Assembly (NCBI GenBank): GCA_028534125.1
Contig: CM052816.1
Span: 25,918,001 to 25,982,000 of the forward strand
DNA length: 64,000 nt
Reading direction: 5' to 3'
From: Lama glama
Lineage: Eukaryota
A program made the translations under genes and the position numbers. Under the pieces are notes generated by a model. That model ran no database searches. It saw only the letters and a list, made by a program, of their open reading frames with translations, and was not told the origin of the DNA. Below, in pieces: positions 38,201 to 49,435 of the stretch; the first letter of the stretch is position 1; every line of letters begins with the position of its first letter.

Positions 38201-41200
38201 TACTTGTCCATTTTCCATGATGAAAATGGATCAACTTTGTAATTAGGAAAGAGAAAAATTAAAACATCTCTCAGCTTGAGTCTCAGGATATACATTAAGT
38301 GGCTTCAGGGGGTCTAGACATGCATCACGTATCAGTGGGGAAGCTTTTTCATCCGTATGGTCCCCTCTCTCAGCTCGTAGAGCTGTCTAATTCATTATTC
38401 TAGAAATACTGTGGACATTAATGCAGGACAATAAAGATTTTGTTCTGGTTTAACACATTGTTTTAATGAGAGTTTCAAAATCATGGTGCTGGCTGAAGCC
38501 GCTTGCATTGGTGACCTATGACTCTCTGTTTCTGGGTCTCTTGCCACAAAATTGTCTTGTTCTGCTGCCCCTGTAGGGAAAACTCCTTTTATCATCTACT
38601 TCTCTAAAATATTGCAAAGTGGGAGCATAGCATATTGATTAACTTGGTCTCTCTTCTCCCCAGCAGTGAGAAGTGAGAGCCCTCAGTTACTCTCTCCAAG
38701 TGATCATGTGCCTCCTTCTATTTCCAGGGACATCCCCAGCCCATCTGTCCTCCCTTATTCTTCCTCCCACGGATGGCCCTAGATCTTGAATCTCTTTCCC
38801 ATGGACCAGATGACAGCATATCCTGTAAAGTGCTGTCTTGAGGTGGCTGCTTTCTGAAGGGCATTTGTGCTTTAACGAGGGACTGTAGGAGGCAGAACTG
38901 CCATCGCCTTCTCATTTTGTCCTCCATGCTTCATCCTCTCTGTGCTACACTGTAACTTTTAAATATCTACCACTCACTTCTCTAATTTTTTCTTCAGCTA
39001 TATATAATCTGCCGTCTGATATTTCAATTGAGTTTTAAATTTAAATGCTTGTATTTTTTATTTCTAAGAGTTTGCTTTGATTCTTACTCAGATCTTCCTG
39101 ATAAAGTCTCTTGTTGCTTGCTAATTTTTTAAATGACATATAAAAAACAGTTCATATATGTTTTATCTTCTCTGTCTTAGAATTATTTTAATATTGAAAT
39201 TATCAGGACATGAAACCTATGGATTTCTGTTTCTGCTGGATTCACTTACAGCTACTTACTTCCTTCTGTGTTTGATTTTTCTTATTTTTGTTATGAGCTC
39301 CTATTTGGTTCAGCTTCATCTCTAGGACTCCTATGCACCTAAATTGGGGATGGTTTCTTTCAGGGAGGATTTGTGTTCGCTACTCCTTGAAGCTGGGAGT
39401 GGAGTGCTACTGACCTGGGACCTCCTTGTGTATTTGGAGGATCTGTGCTGGTGCATATTTCCCAGGTTGAGCTCCCCGACTTGCAGCATTCACAAAACTC
39501 AGACACCCAAACCCTGTACTAATGCTGAAATTTACCCTTAGGTTAACTCCAGATTTTATGTTCTCATTGTGTACTGCTCCAGCTTTGGTATCATCTTGCT
39601 GTTCCTTTCCTGTTTCTTCATCTTCCTTTTAAGATTTTCCTTACATTCCCGTGTTCCCTGCATTGCTTTGAAAACTTGTTGTTATAGTTAATCTAGGATC
39701 AGTGTGTTCCTAGTCCTCTGTACTGCTAAAATCTGATGTCTCGGGTCTTTTTCACCACAATAATAAACACAGCTCTCAGGGGCTTTATTTTCACACATTC
39801 TGAGCACTCACCATGTGCCAGCCTCTGTGCTGGATGCTATATGGAAAATATTCTTGTTCTTGAGAGCTTGGAGTCTGGTAGGAAAAATGGACATGTATAC
39901 CAGAAATTATTCTACAAGGCAGTGTGAAATATGTGCTAAAATAGAGGCATAACCATGGTGCACAGCAAAGGCTAAGGAGTGAGGGCTTGACCCCCCACTG
40001 GGGAAAACTGAATTGTAAGGCTCTCAGGATCAAGCTCATGCATTGAATATAAGCTTCCATTTCATAACGGTCCAAGGGTATGCAGCTGGGCAGGAGTTAA
40101 ATCAAGTCTCTTTCATGTTAAGAGTGACTAATGTGAAGGGCACAGGCTTCCTGCAGAAATCTGAGGAAACATTCCAGCCAGCCCACGGTGCTCTTCTAGT
40201 CACAGACCTCCGCTTGTACTAGGGAATTATTTAGAAAGTACATGGTTGAGAAAAGGTGGAACACATTTAGGCATTTCAAATATTTCTTGGGGAAAAAAAT
40301 AGCCAATGGTTATCCTGCACTGAAAGGAAAGTTTTAATGTGACTACTATTTGAGTACTGGTGTTTTCCATTATAACGCCATTTAAGAAGATTGTAACTTG
40401 ACTGTAAAAATTTCCTCTAAGTGAAAACTTGGCATACCACAGTGCTTCATTTGAATAATGCCTGCCTTAAATAAACAGATAAACAAAAAAACAAATTTGG
40501 TTTACATTGGCCAAACTCTTGGAAAGTCAGAAGACATCAAAGCCCTTAGTATTGGAGATAACTGATCTTTTCTATAGATGCTTGCTTGCTTTACTGCATT
40601 AAAGCTAAAACAAACAAAGCACCAAGAATCAAACTTATTTATCTCTTCACTGTGCAAAACAAATATCCAATTTTAGATAAGAAGTCTTCATGTGGTGTGC
40701 CAAAAATTACAATACCAAAGTTATTTAATGTCTACTAAAGGAAAGAGGGTGTTTAAAAAATTTTAAGAACAGATGTAGTTGTAAGAAGCCAGATGGCTAA
40801 AGTATAACCCAGTATATGGAATTAGCGAGAGACAGGCAGCAATTTTGTTATTTCTACTGCGTTAGGTGAGCTCTACTGAGACAGTGAATTATATGGTAAA
40901 AACCCCAGTGATAATCAGAAGAATTAAAGTATTTAATACTAAGCAGTTATGCTTGGCATTGAAGAAGAAAAAGAAGATGCTGAGGGACAGAGAAGGATGT
41001 TCCACTCTAAGGCAGTATGCTTGAGATAGGGAGCTGAACTTGCTGATTTCTTGGTAACCTCACTTTCCACATGCCCCCTTTTTTTTTTTTGCCATGCACT
41101 GTCGATTTAGTACAGTAATAGCTGCAGATGAGATAACAACACGTACTCTTTTCTTGAGGAGCTTATAATTCTAGTGACTAGAGCTATAGAATCCTGAATG

Positions 41201-41707
41201 TGAATAAACGACTTGAGAAAGCCGTCTGGTCTACCACGGAAGCACAAGTCAGCTCTTTTGTGTTTAGAGTGAGTTGGTATGTGTATCTACAAAGTGGTGC
41301 CTTTCTAGGAATTGTGAAGGATACATTTGATGATATGTGGTCAATTTTCAACTGATTGACTAGCTGTAGAATCCAACTGCACGGTGAGATGTGACTCTCT
41401 GAGCTGTGGTAACAGCAACAGGAGTAGAAGGACATTTTCTCCTTATTCTTTAAAGTTACAGAGGTAAGGAGGAAGTTGGAGGGATGGAGAGCAGATTAGT
41501 GGTTGCCAGGGGTTAAGGAGGAGGCTTGGGGCAGAAAGTGGGTGTGGCTATAAAAGGGCAACATGAGAGTATTCTTGTGGTGGCGGAAATGGCCTGTATT
41601 TTGACTCTGTCATGTCAGTATCTTGCTGGTGAAGTTGTGCTGTAGTTTTTGAGGATCTCACCTTTTGGGGGAACTGAGTAAAGGGTGCATGGAATTTCTC
41701 TGCATTT

Positions 41708-42395
41708 TTAAAAAATAATTTTTTCCAAATTTATTGAGATAATATTGTCATGTAACTGTTGAACTAATTAAACAAGGAGGCTATTAGAGGTGGTTCTAAT
41801 ACCTTAGTAGTCTGTGTAAGCAAAGCAAAACCTAAACATGTAATGCCTCAAGGTAAAGAAATCAAAGCCTGAAGACAACCAACCACAGACGGCTGTCTTG
41901 ACTTTCTCAAACAAGGCAGCTACTTAAGCTGAGCCAGTCAGTCAGTTTCCTTGTGTTGCTTTTACTTCTCCCCAGCTCCTGTCAGTGGAGCAGTCCTAAC
42001 CACTTACAGTTTGTCCCCTTCCCAATTTGAATCGAGATTTGGTCAAATAAATTTAAGAGTTTAACATGCCTCAGTTTATCTTTTAATGTGACATCACGTG
42101 AGTTTAAGGTGTACCAAGTGATGATTTGATATACATGTATATTGTTAAATGATTACCACGACAAGGTTAACACATCCATCACCTCACATAGTTCATACAC
42201 ACAGTTTGTGTATGTGTGTATGTGTGTGTTGAAAACTTTCAAGATTTACTCCCTGAGCAGCGTTCACATACACAATACAGTACTGTTAACTGCAGTCACC
42301 ATACTGTACATTACGTCCCCAGGGCCTGTTCATCTTGGAAACTGAAAGTTTGTACTCTTTGACAATTTTCACCCATTTGCCCTACCTCCTACCCT
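41708..42395 (-). mobile_element. L1MA-like 3' end split by an LTR (41708-41756 and 42093-42395)
   Basis: 'tttattgagataat' continues after the LTR as 'tttaaggtgtac..gtgatgatttgatatacatg...catccatcacctcacatagtt...actgaaagtttgtactctttgac'. Confidence 0.8.
41757..42088 (+). mobile_element. ERV1 solo LTR (MER34/MER39-like)
   Basis: Begins with TGTT, has AATAAA near the 3' end and ends 'cctcagtttatcttttaa(tg)'. Flanked by a 4-bp near-duplication, taac (41753-41756) and tgac (42089-42092). Confidence 0.7.
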
Positions 42396-42531
42396 AGTTG
42401 TTACTTCTTACAACTTCATGTGAATCTATAATTATATCAAAATAAAAATTTAATTAAAAATAATACTAGATTTTCTTGAACAGTACATACAATAAAAAGC
42501 AAGAGGACTAACAATGTAGCATCTTTTAGAA

Positions 42532-42763
42532 CAGGGTTCTGTAAACTACGTCCAGCAGCCAGGCCAAGTCTGACCCACTGCCTGTTTTTGTGAATAACCT
42601 TTTATTGGAACACAGCAATGCTGGTTAACTTACCTATTGTGTGTGGCTGTGTTTTACTGCAGTGGCAAAACTGAATAGTTGCAATGGAGACTTTATGACC
42701 CACAAGGTCTAAAATATTTACTATCGTGCCCTTTACAGAAAAAAAATGTTTGCTGACCCCTCG
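42532..42763. mobile_element. MER58A (hAT-Charlie)
   Basis: 'cagggttctgtaaacta...cactgcctgtttttgt...tttattggaacacagc...ctaaaatatttactat...ccctttacagaaaa...gtttgctgacccct' with inverted ends. Confidence 0.88.
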
Positions 42764-43596
42764 TCTAGGATGTAAGCTCTACGAGAGCAAGTAAAGCATC
42801 TGATCGGTGTATTTACCACCGTACGCCTGGCACCCTCCTAGCTCACTGCAGGGGCAAAATCATCATTTGCCAAATTAGGGAAGCAGCATACTATGAAAGG
42901 AGAGTTTTCTGTGGAAAGAATTATTGAAATAACTTAAAACATCCTCTTGAGATCATGTCTTGTACATTTTCCGAAAGCCATGGCAAGTGAAAAACAGTGA
43001 TGCCTGCCTTTTTCAGACTGATAAAGGAAGAGGATTTCTGGTCTTAGATCAGCCCACAGTATCTACAAGAGACCTGTGAAAAGGAAAGAGTCCTGGAAGG
43101 CATGAACGAAGTGTGTATAGAGTATAATGTGATTCTAAATCACCATTAGTCAGGCACATGATTTCCTTTTAGGTGCCTAACTTGTAGCAACAGTTCAGTC
43201 TTTGAGGTGTGTTTGTAGTTAAGTCACTAAAACTAATGAATTTGATCAGAAGATTTCCACCTGTTTATAGGGAAAGAGCACCTTATTATCTCATTGTTCT
43301 GACATCTCACTTGTTCAAGAGAAGAATTATTAAAAACAGGAGTCAGAAAATTCTAACATTTAAGTTGGCTGCAGTTTTGAAATTTTGATGATACCAATGA
43401 AGGTTTCCATTTAAATGGAGTCTTTAGCAAATATTCTGCAAGGTGAAAATGTCCTTTGATAATATAAGCTTCTAAATTGTGAGCTAAACTTTGACTTTCT
43501 CCAAGGGAGGGATAATTTTATCATGCTAGAGTCTCAAGGATAATTTCCAGGGAATAGGGTTGCTGTTGGGAAGATGAGAAGAGGAAGTAATGAAAG

Positions 43597-43750
43597 CAGA
43601 GTTTGGAGCCAGACGAAACTGGATTTGAATCTCTGGGCCAGGGACAATTTAATTATTCTTGCTGTGGCTCATCTGAAATGAGAAAATGATTCCTGTCTCC
43701 GAAGGATGTTCTGAGGATTAAATAAAGACGGAGCATGCTTAGGACATGGT
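43597..43750 (+). mobile_element. MIR SINE
   Basis: 'tttggagccagac...tggatttgaatc...ctcatctgaaatgag...tgaggattaaat'. Confidence 0.6.
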
Positions 43751-44269
43751 ACATACTCACAGACACTCATGAAATATTGGTGCCCTTTCCTTGGACCAAA
43801 AGACAAAGGAAATAGAGGGGAGAGGAGGGGGGGTCTCCCAGGTGACTACAGAAAGGAATACCATCCTCCAAGTGACAGACACTATCTCCTAGCTGTTTCC
43901 CTGGGGGACAGTAGGACCGTGATTTGTACTGTGCCTGAAACATTGTCTGTCTAAATGATGGGTCTGCATGATATTTCTGAAAGATCATTTTATTCCTGGA
44001 CTGTAGCAAGGCTGCCGAAACAAAAACAAAACTCCTCGTTACGGTACATTGGGCTAAAGAGAAGTTTCCAATGAAACTCTTGTTTGCAGATGCTGGTCTA
44101 GTGTGGAGATGGCACAGCTAATGAGAGCCTGCTCAACAGACTGGAGTCTGTTGCTTTAGTCATTTGATGCATCCCAACCCCTATACTTTCAGCATTTCAC
44201 CTCCATCCCTGTGCAGATGGTTGCCCAAATTGTTTGTTAAAATGTGTGTTTGTGTTTAAAATAATCTTT

Positions 44270-44363
44270 CAGCAGTGAGGAGGGTACAGCTCAGTGGTAG
44301 AGCGCATGCTTAGCATGCGTGAGGTCCTGGGTTCAATCCCCAGTACCTCTATTAAAAAAAAAT
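44270..44363 (+). mobile_element. tRNA-Ala-derived SINE (camelid Vic-1-like), short form
   Basis: 'ggagggtacagctcagtggtagagcgcatgcttagcatgcgtgaggtcctgggttcaatccccagtacctcta' plus A-tail. TSD taaaataatcttt (44257-44269) and tagaataaccttt (44364-44376). Confidence 0.9.
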
Positions 44364-47300
44364 TAGAATAACCTTTTGTTACAAAGCCTTTATTGTGATG
44401 GGAGTTCTTTTCTTTTATCAAGTTAAACGTGAACTGGTAAGAGACAGTATCCTCCTAGAGACAGTATTTTGTCCTTTCCAGCCCCAAGGCTTTAACCTTG
44501 AGTTACTTCCTAGGGCAACACCATAGTTGCTGTTAGTTTTCCAGGCAGCTTGTCAGTGACAGTGGCCATTTTACACATTCAGCATGAGGCAAAATTATGA
44601 TGAAGCACGTTTACCGTGGATAGCAATTTATTATTGTACTAAAACATATTTAAGGAGAAAATGTGACAAGAAGAAAGGTAGACAGAAGGCACTGTGACTA
44701 TCTAGGGATTATTACCTTACCTAAACTAGAGGGAAATAATAAAGCAGATTTCAGGCTGCAGACTGTGTCACTGCTGGATAAATAGCTAATGTAAGAACAT
44801 AAGTGTACCCAAGGACAGAACTACACAGTCAGCAGCCACCAGGCAACACTAGCATGGTGCATGCACCAGCTTTGCATTTTTACGAAATCTTTTTAAATGA
44901 CTAAATGAAGCCAGTATTTTTTTCTTCATTTTCTTTTGTAACTCTATTTGTCATATTTGAAGTTTCCAAGACCAAAAGTCCGTTGCTAGAAAAATAAGCC
45001 TCCACAAAACTCCTGTTTTCCCTTCCCCACATGACCGTAAGTTGCACTCTGAATTATTTTATTCACTTGATAAATGTTGACTGTGATAGGGGAGAAATAG
45101 AGCTGAGGAATGGTGTACTTCCAGGTGGTATGTTAATTGGACACTTTATTCAATAGCAGCATTAAGAATATAAAAACCTTATCACTATTCCTCTCTGAAA
45201 AGCCTTTGCAAATAATAGCACTTATATAAAACTTAAGGCCAGAATGTTTCTTGTTTACGAGGGACATAGTATTAGCATATTAAAATCATTAGTAACCAAA
45301 CTAGAATATGTGTTCGGAAGCCTGTCAAAGTGCTAATGGTAGTCGTCCTGGAAACTCCACATCTGCCACCGGATTAATTACTCACATAAAGCATTGTCAT
45401 CTCCCCACATCTTAGCGTCCTCTTAAGTAGAGGCTGCTGGGGTGATGAATGGCCCTGAGTCATGTACAAAGGAATGAATGGGAATGTTACCCAGCGGACC
45501 GAGAGACCTGCTCTTGATTCATACTAGAGCAAGCTGAAGGGCCTCGGTGGTGGAGCATTGCTTTCTTGAGGCTCATAGGCAATTACAAAGATATGTCTGG
45601 CACAAGGTCTGGGAAACTAACTGTTGAAATGGCCATAGCTGCCTTTCCCTAGAGGACTTTGTGTAGGAGGAGACGAGGGTGGAGGTAAAGCTAGGTCACA
45701 GGGAACCTGGCCGCCAGGGGTAGGTAAACTAGCTGCTGTCATATGCCAGGTTGTATACCAGGGTTTCTAGGCCCTCCCAGGTGGAGTTTTTATTTGTTGA
45801 AGTCCAGCTCAGAGGTGACTTCCAAGGTCTGCATTGGCTTTTCTCCCTCTTACCACTGTGTTTTCTACTTGTGGCCATGCTATCATGGATTCCATTTTCA
45901 GAGGATGCAGGCAAAAAAAAGTTAAAAGAATTTGAAAGACAACTTGTTGTTTACAATTAAAACTAGGAGATTACAGTTCAAAGGTGAGAACCCAGCCTGC
46001 AGTTAAGGCTGGTGAGAAGACTTCAGCAAGCTATTATATGACACCTAACACAAATGGGAACAGGAGGTAGTCTGTTGAGTGCGTCCCTGGGCATCCCTCA
46101 TGTGATCCATCACTCCAGTCAGACATGTTTGTCAAGTCCCAAACCATCTCCATTTTACAATAAATACAGCCTATTTCGGTTCTTCTGTGTTTCAGATGAG
46201 AGTGAAACGAATTTCCCAAACAAAACAAACCCTTGTGTTTAGAAAACTCATCCCATTTCATTGTTTCTACCTTCCCTTTATTTCCCAAAGTCCTCTTTTT
46301 GAGGGGACAGATTCCCACATTTGGAACTTGGGAGGTTAAAGCTATCTCAAGTACTAATGAAGCCAAGACCGTTTACAGAGTCTTTCAGCATCATTATAAT
46401 TAGAGAAGCAATTAACGTGAAGTTAGTGGTAATTTAAATTGATCAACTGGATATCAGATGATGAGTTGTTTGGAACTGGCACATCTGATGAATACCTACT
46501 CGGTGAGCAGACTTGCCTGTCAGTAAACAAAGATAAGACCTAGCCACCTGGTTGGCCAAATTCATGAGCCCGTGAACCTGTGGGAATGCTATTTATGCAG
46601 GTGATACAAAGCTTAGCACTATGGGTTTTTCAGGGAGAGTTAGTGGAGGTGCATTCTGTTGAGTCTGTGCCCCTCCTATTGAATTTCTGCTGCATCGTTT
46701 AAGTATTTAAATACTACTCTTTCCACAGAAGATCTTTGGAGAACCTACTAGCCCCTTACATTGTGTTCTTGAAGTATCCACATTTTTATCTCACCTGAGT
46801 GTTCATCCTTTTTCATTAGACAGATACAGTATAACCCAGTGGCATGCTGATTTTCCAAGGACTTACACCAGCCTATCCAGGATCATCTTGGCCCTGAGGA
46901 TGGAGGTAAGAAGGGAGGGAGAGGTGGTGGGAGAGAGGGGGAGACAGAGAGAGTGAGAAAGCAAGAGAGAAAGGGAATATGAATACCTATGTTTTATTGG
47001 GAAATTATGAATTGAACCTGGAGGTTTGGCTTGTTTGCTGTTACCGAGATCCCAAGAGCTGTGTTGGAACTTGAATCTTGTGCTTAAACCTTGGCATTTT
47101 ATAGAATTCAAGAGAATTTCTTGGACTCTGTTGTCCATACATCACGACGTCACGACTGACCTTTTAAGGTAGTAGCGCTACTGTTTAAGACATTGAAATT
47201 TGTCTTATTTTATGACCTTTGATACCAGAAATCTGTGTCCTGGCTGATTTAATACTGTCCTTTTTTTGGCTATAAGGCTTAGGAAGCAACAGATTTAGTT

Positions 47301-49107
47301 AATTTAACTTCTCAAGCCTTGAATAAAAACATTGGGGGAGAAAAAAAGACCTAGCAGGAACTGTGGCTCCCTTTCCTTCTCTCCTTTTTAATTCCAGGCG
47401 TAGGGTTTATTATAATAAGTAAAAATCCTCTGAGGTTTACACCTTATGTTACATACTCCCAGTACTTCAAAACCCATGTATGTATTTTCACCAGAAGGGC
47501 TAAACCTTTGAGAGAAGCAGGTCTGACGATTGAGTGGCTGGAAATCATTTACTATCGATGGTCACTCAGCTCAAGATTGTATCGCTGAAATGGCTTAGGA
47601 AGAAAAATCAATAATACTCACATATTGTGCCGTCCTCTTAGAGGATCATCTGTTTTACCTCACAAAAGTATTCCTTGTTCCAGATCATTCTTTTGAAATA
47701 AAAGAAGAAAAAAGGGTGACCTACATCATAGCTCATTTTCTCTTATGCCCTTATTTTAAGTTCCCTTTTTGGAGGGAGAAAAAGCCAGGTCTCGTGGAGA
47801 AATAGATAGGAGCAGATACATGTAAGATGAAAGGCTAAGGGGTGTGCTTGTATTGTGATTTTAATGGTTCATGTTATCAACTGAGAAAAAAATTCACCTG
47901 GTAAATATTTAATAGCATCCCCATTTCAAAAAATTTTGACAGTGGGGGAATGGTTTTATCCCCATAGAATAGCTTTTGTGAGTGGGGGGCACAAGCACAG
48001 ACCCATATGGTCACACAGGGCTTAGTGGGTCATTATCGCTCCCACTTTGAGGTAGACATTCACACTTTCATTGTTCCTTAAACTTAAATCTCATACATTT
48101 GTCCCTGGATATGAAACAGGGTTCTGATGAAGTGAGGTGTGCCTGTCTCATCTGGGAGAGGGAAATTGGAATCCATCTGGAGCACACATATACCAAAACC
48201 TGGATGAAGGAGTCAGCTAGAAAGAATGGCCTAATCTTGCAATTGGCTTGGAACTCTCCTTGGTGCTGAGATAGCACCTGAGGGAATGTTCTCCACATGT
48301 TTCTGATCTAAGTGTGTCTGATGGGTTGTGCTAAAGCCAGAAATTGCCGTAGTGGGTTGTGTACCATAGGGGTGCTGGAGGAAGGTGTTCTACAAGGTAC
48401 AAGGACACAACATTAAATAAATTTGAACTCACGGTGAGAACATTATTCCTTTTGAAAGTCCTGATCTCCACTCCTCACTGTCAGTATTTGTGTGACTGTT
48501 AGAACCCAGATGATCCCATCTCTTTCCACCCCTCTCCTACTTGTCATCTTTATTTATTTTAATGAAATGAAAGCTGTAGGTCTGTATATCACTGTATCTG
48601 AATTTTACTTGCATCTCTGATTGCTAGCTTTGGAGGATGTCAGCTCTGGTTTTCGTTTGAGAGACCTAATGCATCCCCTAATAGAAAGTACCAAAGGCTG
48701 ATTCTGTTCCACTCTCTTGCCCTGTTTTTGACACCTTCATTGGGCATATACTTCCACTAAACCATTTATCTCAGTAATACCAAACTCAGTGCATAGAAAG
48801 CCAGAGCTAACTTTGACTTTTTTACGTGTGCTTTCAGCTTTTGCTTATTTACCTACACTTTGTGATTCTATTTCCAACTGATAACAGGAAGAACAACATG
48901 TCGGTGAAAATGGTTCTATTCTCATGGCTTCCTTTGTCCTAGAAATAGAATGATGAAAACACTACAACCTCTTCCTCTGCAGTGCATGTTTATTTCATGT
49001 AAATTGACTGAAACACAGTTGGTAAATGGGGAATGACGTAAATATAATGTACAAGTAGTGTCGATTTTCCCAGGCACATTAATGTGTTGGGCTGATTGGA
49101 AGCAAGT

Positions 49108-49435
49108 TCCCTCACAGTTAAATAGAAAGCTTTGGCTGTACATGACGACTTCAAGAAAAAAGCTGAAAATCCTGTAGAGCTGATCTGTGCTAGTTATGGC
49201 TGATTTAGTGGCTTCAAGAATGGCTACCTTTTTCAATGTGTTAAGCTAGCTGAAGAAGTCAAGAGTACAGATAAAGAGGCTAAAAAGATATTTCCTCCTG
49301 TACTAAAACAAAGGACCTGATTTTCACCTTTGATGAAACTGGTCTCTATTAGAAGCTTTCAAGGACTTTTATCTGAAAGGACAAAGCTGGAGCCGCAGGT
49401 GTAAGATGACAAACCATCAGCTGACCATGGTGTTG
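49108..49435 (+). mobile_element. Tigger/pogo (TcMar) transposase fossil; element probably extends to about 49635
   Basis: Manual translation gives K*KALAVHDDFKKK...ASYG*FSGFKN...VKLAEEVKSTDKEA, then IFTFDETGLY*K.SRTFI, then K...HQLTMVL. These match the pogo motifs ASxGWFxxFK, GExxSAD, IFNxDETGLFWK and KDRLT. Confidence 0.8.

Larger units (their letters stand above)
41478..42460 (+). mobile_element. L1MC-like 3' end split by nested insertions (41478-41707 and 42400-42460)
   Basis: 'agattagtggttgccaggggttaagg...ggctataaaagggcaacatgag...ggaactgagtaaagggtgcatggaatttctctg' resumes as 'ttcttacaacttcatgtgaatctataattat..caaaataaaa'. Confidence 0.8.

Noticed and set aside
44278..44351. Apparent tRNA-Ala(AGC) gene (also at 9271, 11755, 14990, 55750)
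   Set aside because: Poly(A) tails, TSDs, altered B-box (GGTTCAA/GGTTTGA) and stem mismatches mark these as SINE copies, not tRNA genes.
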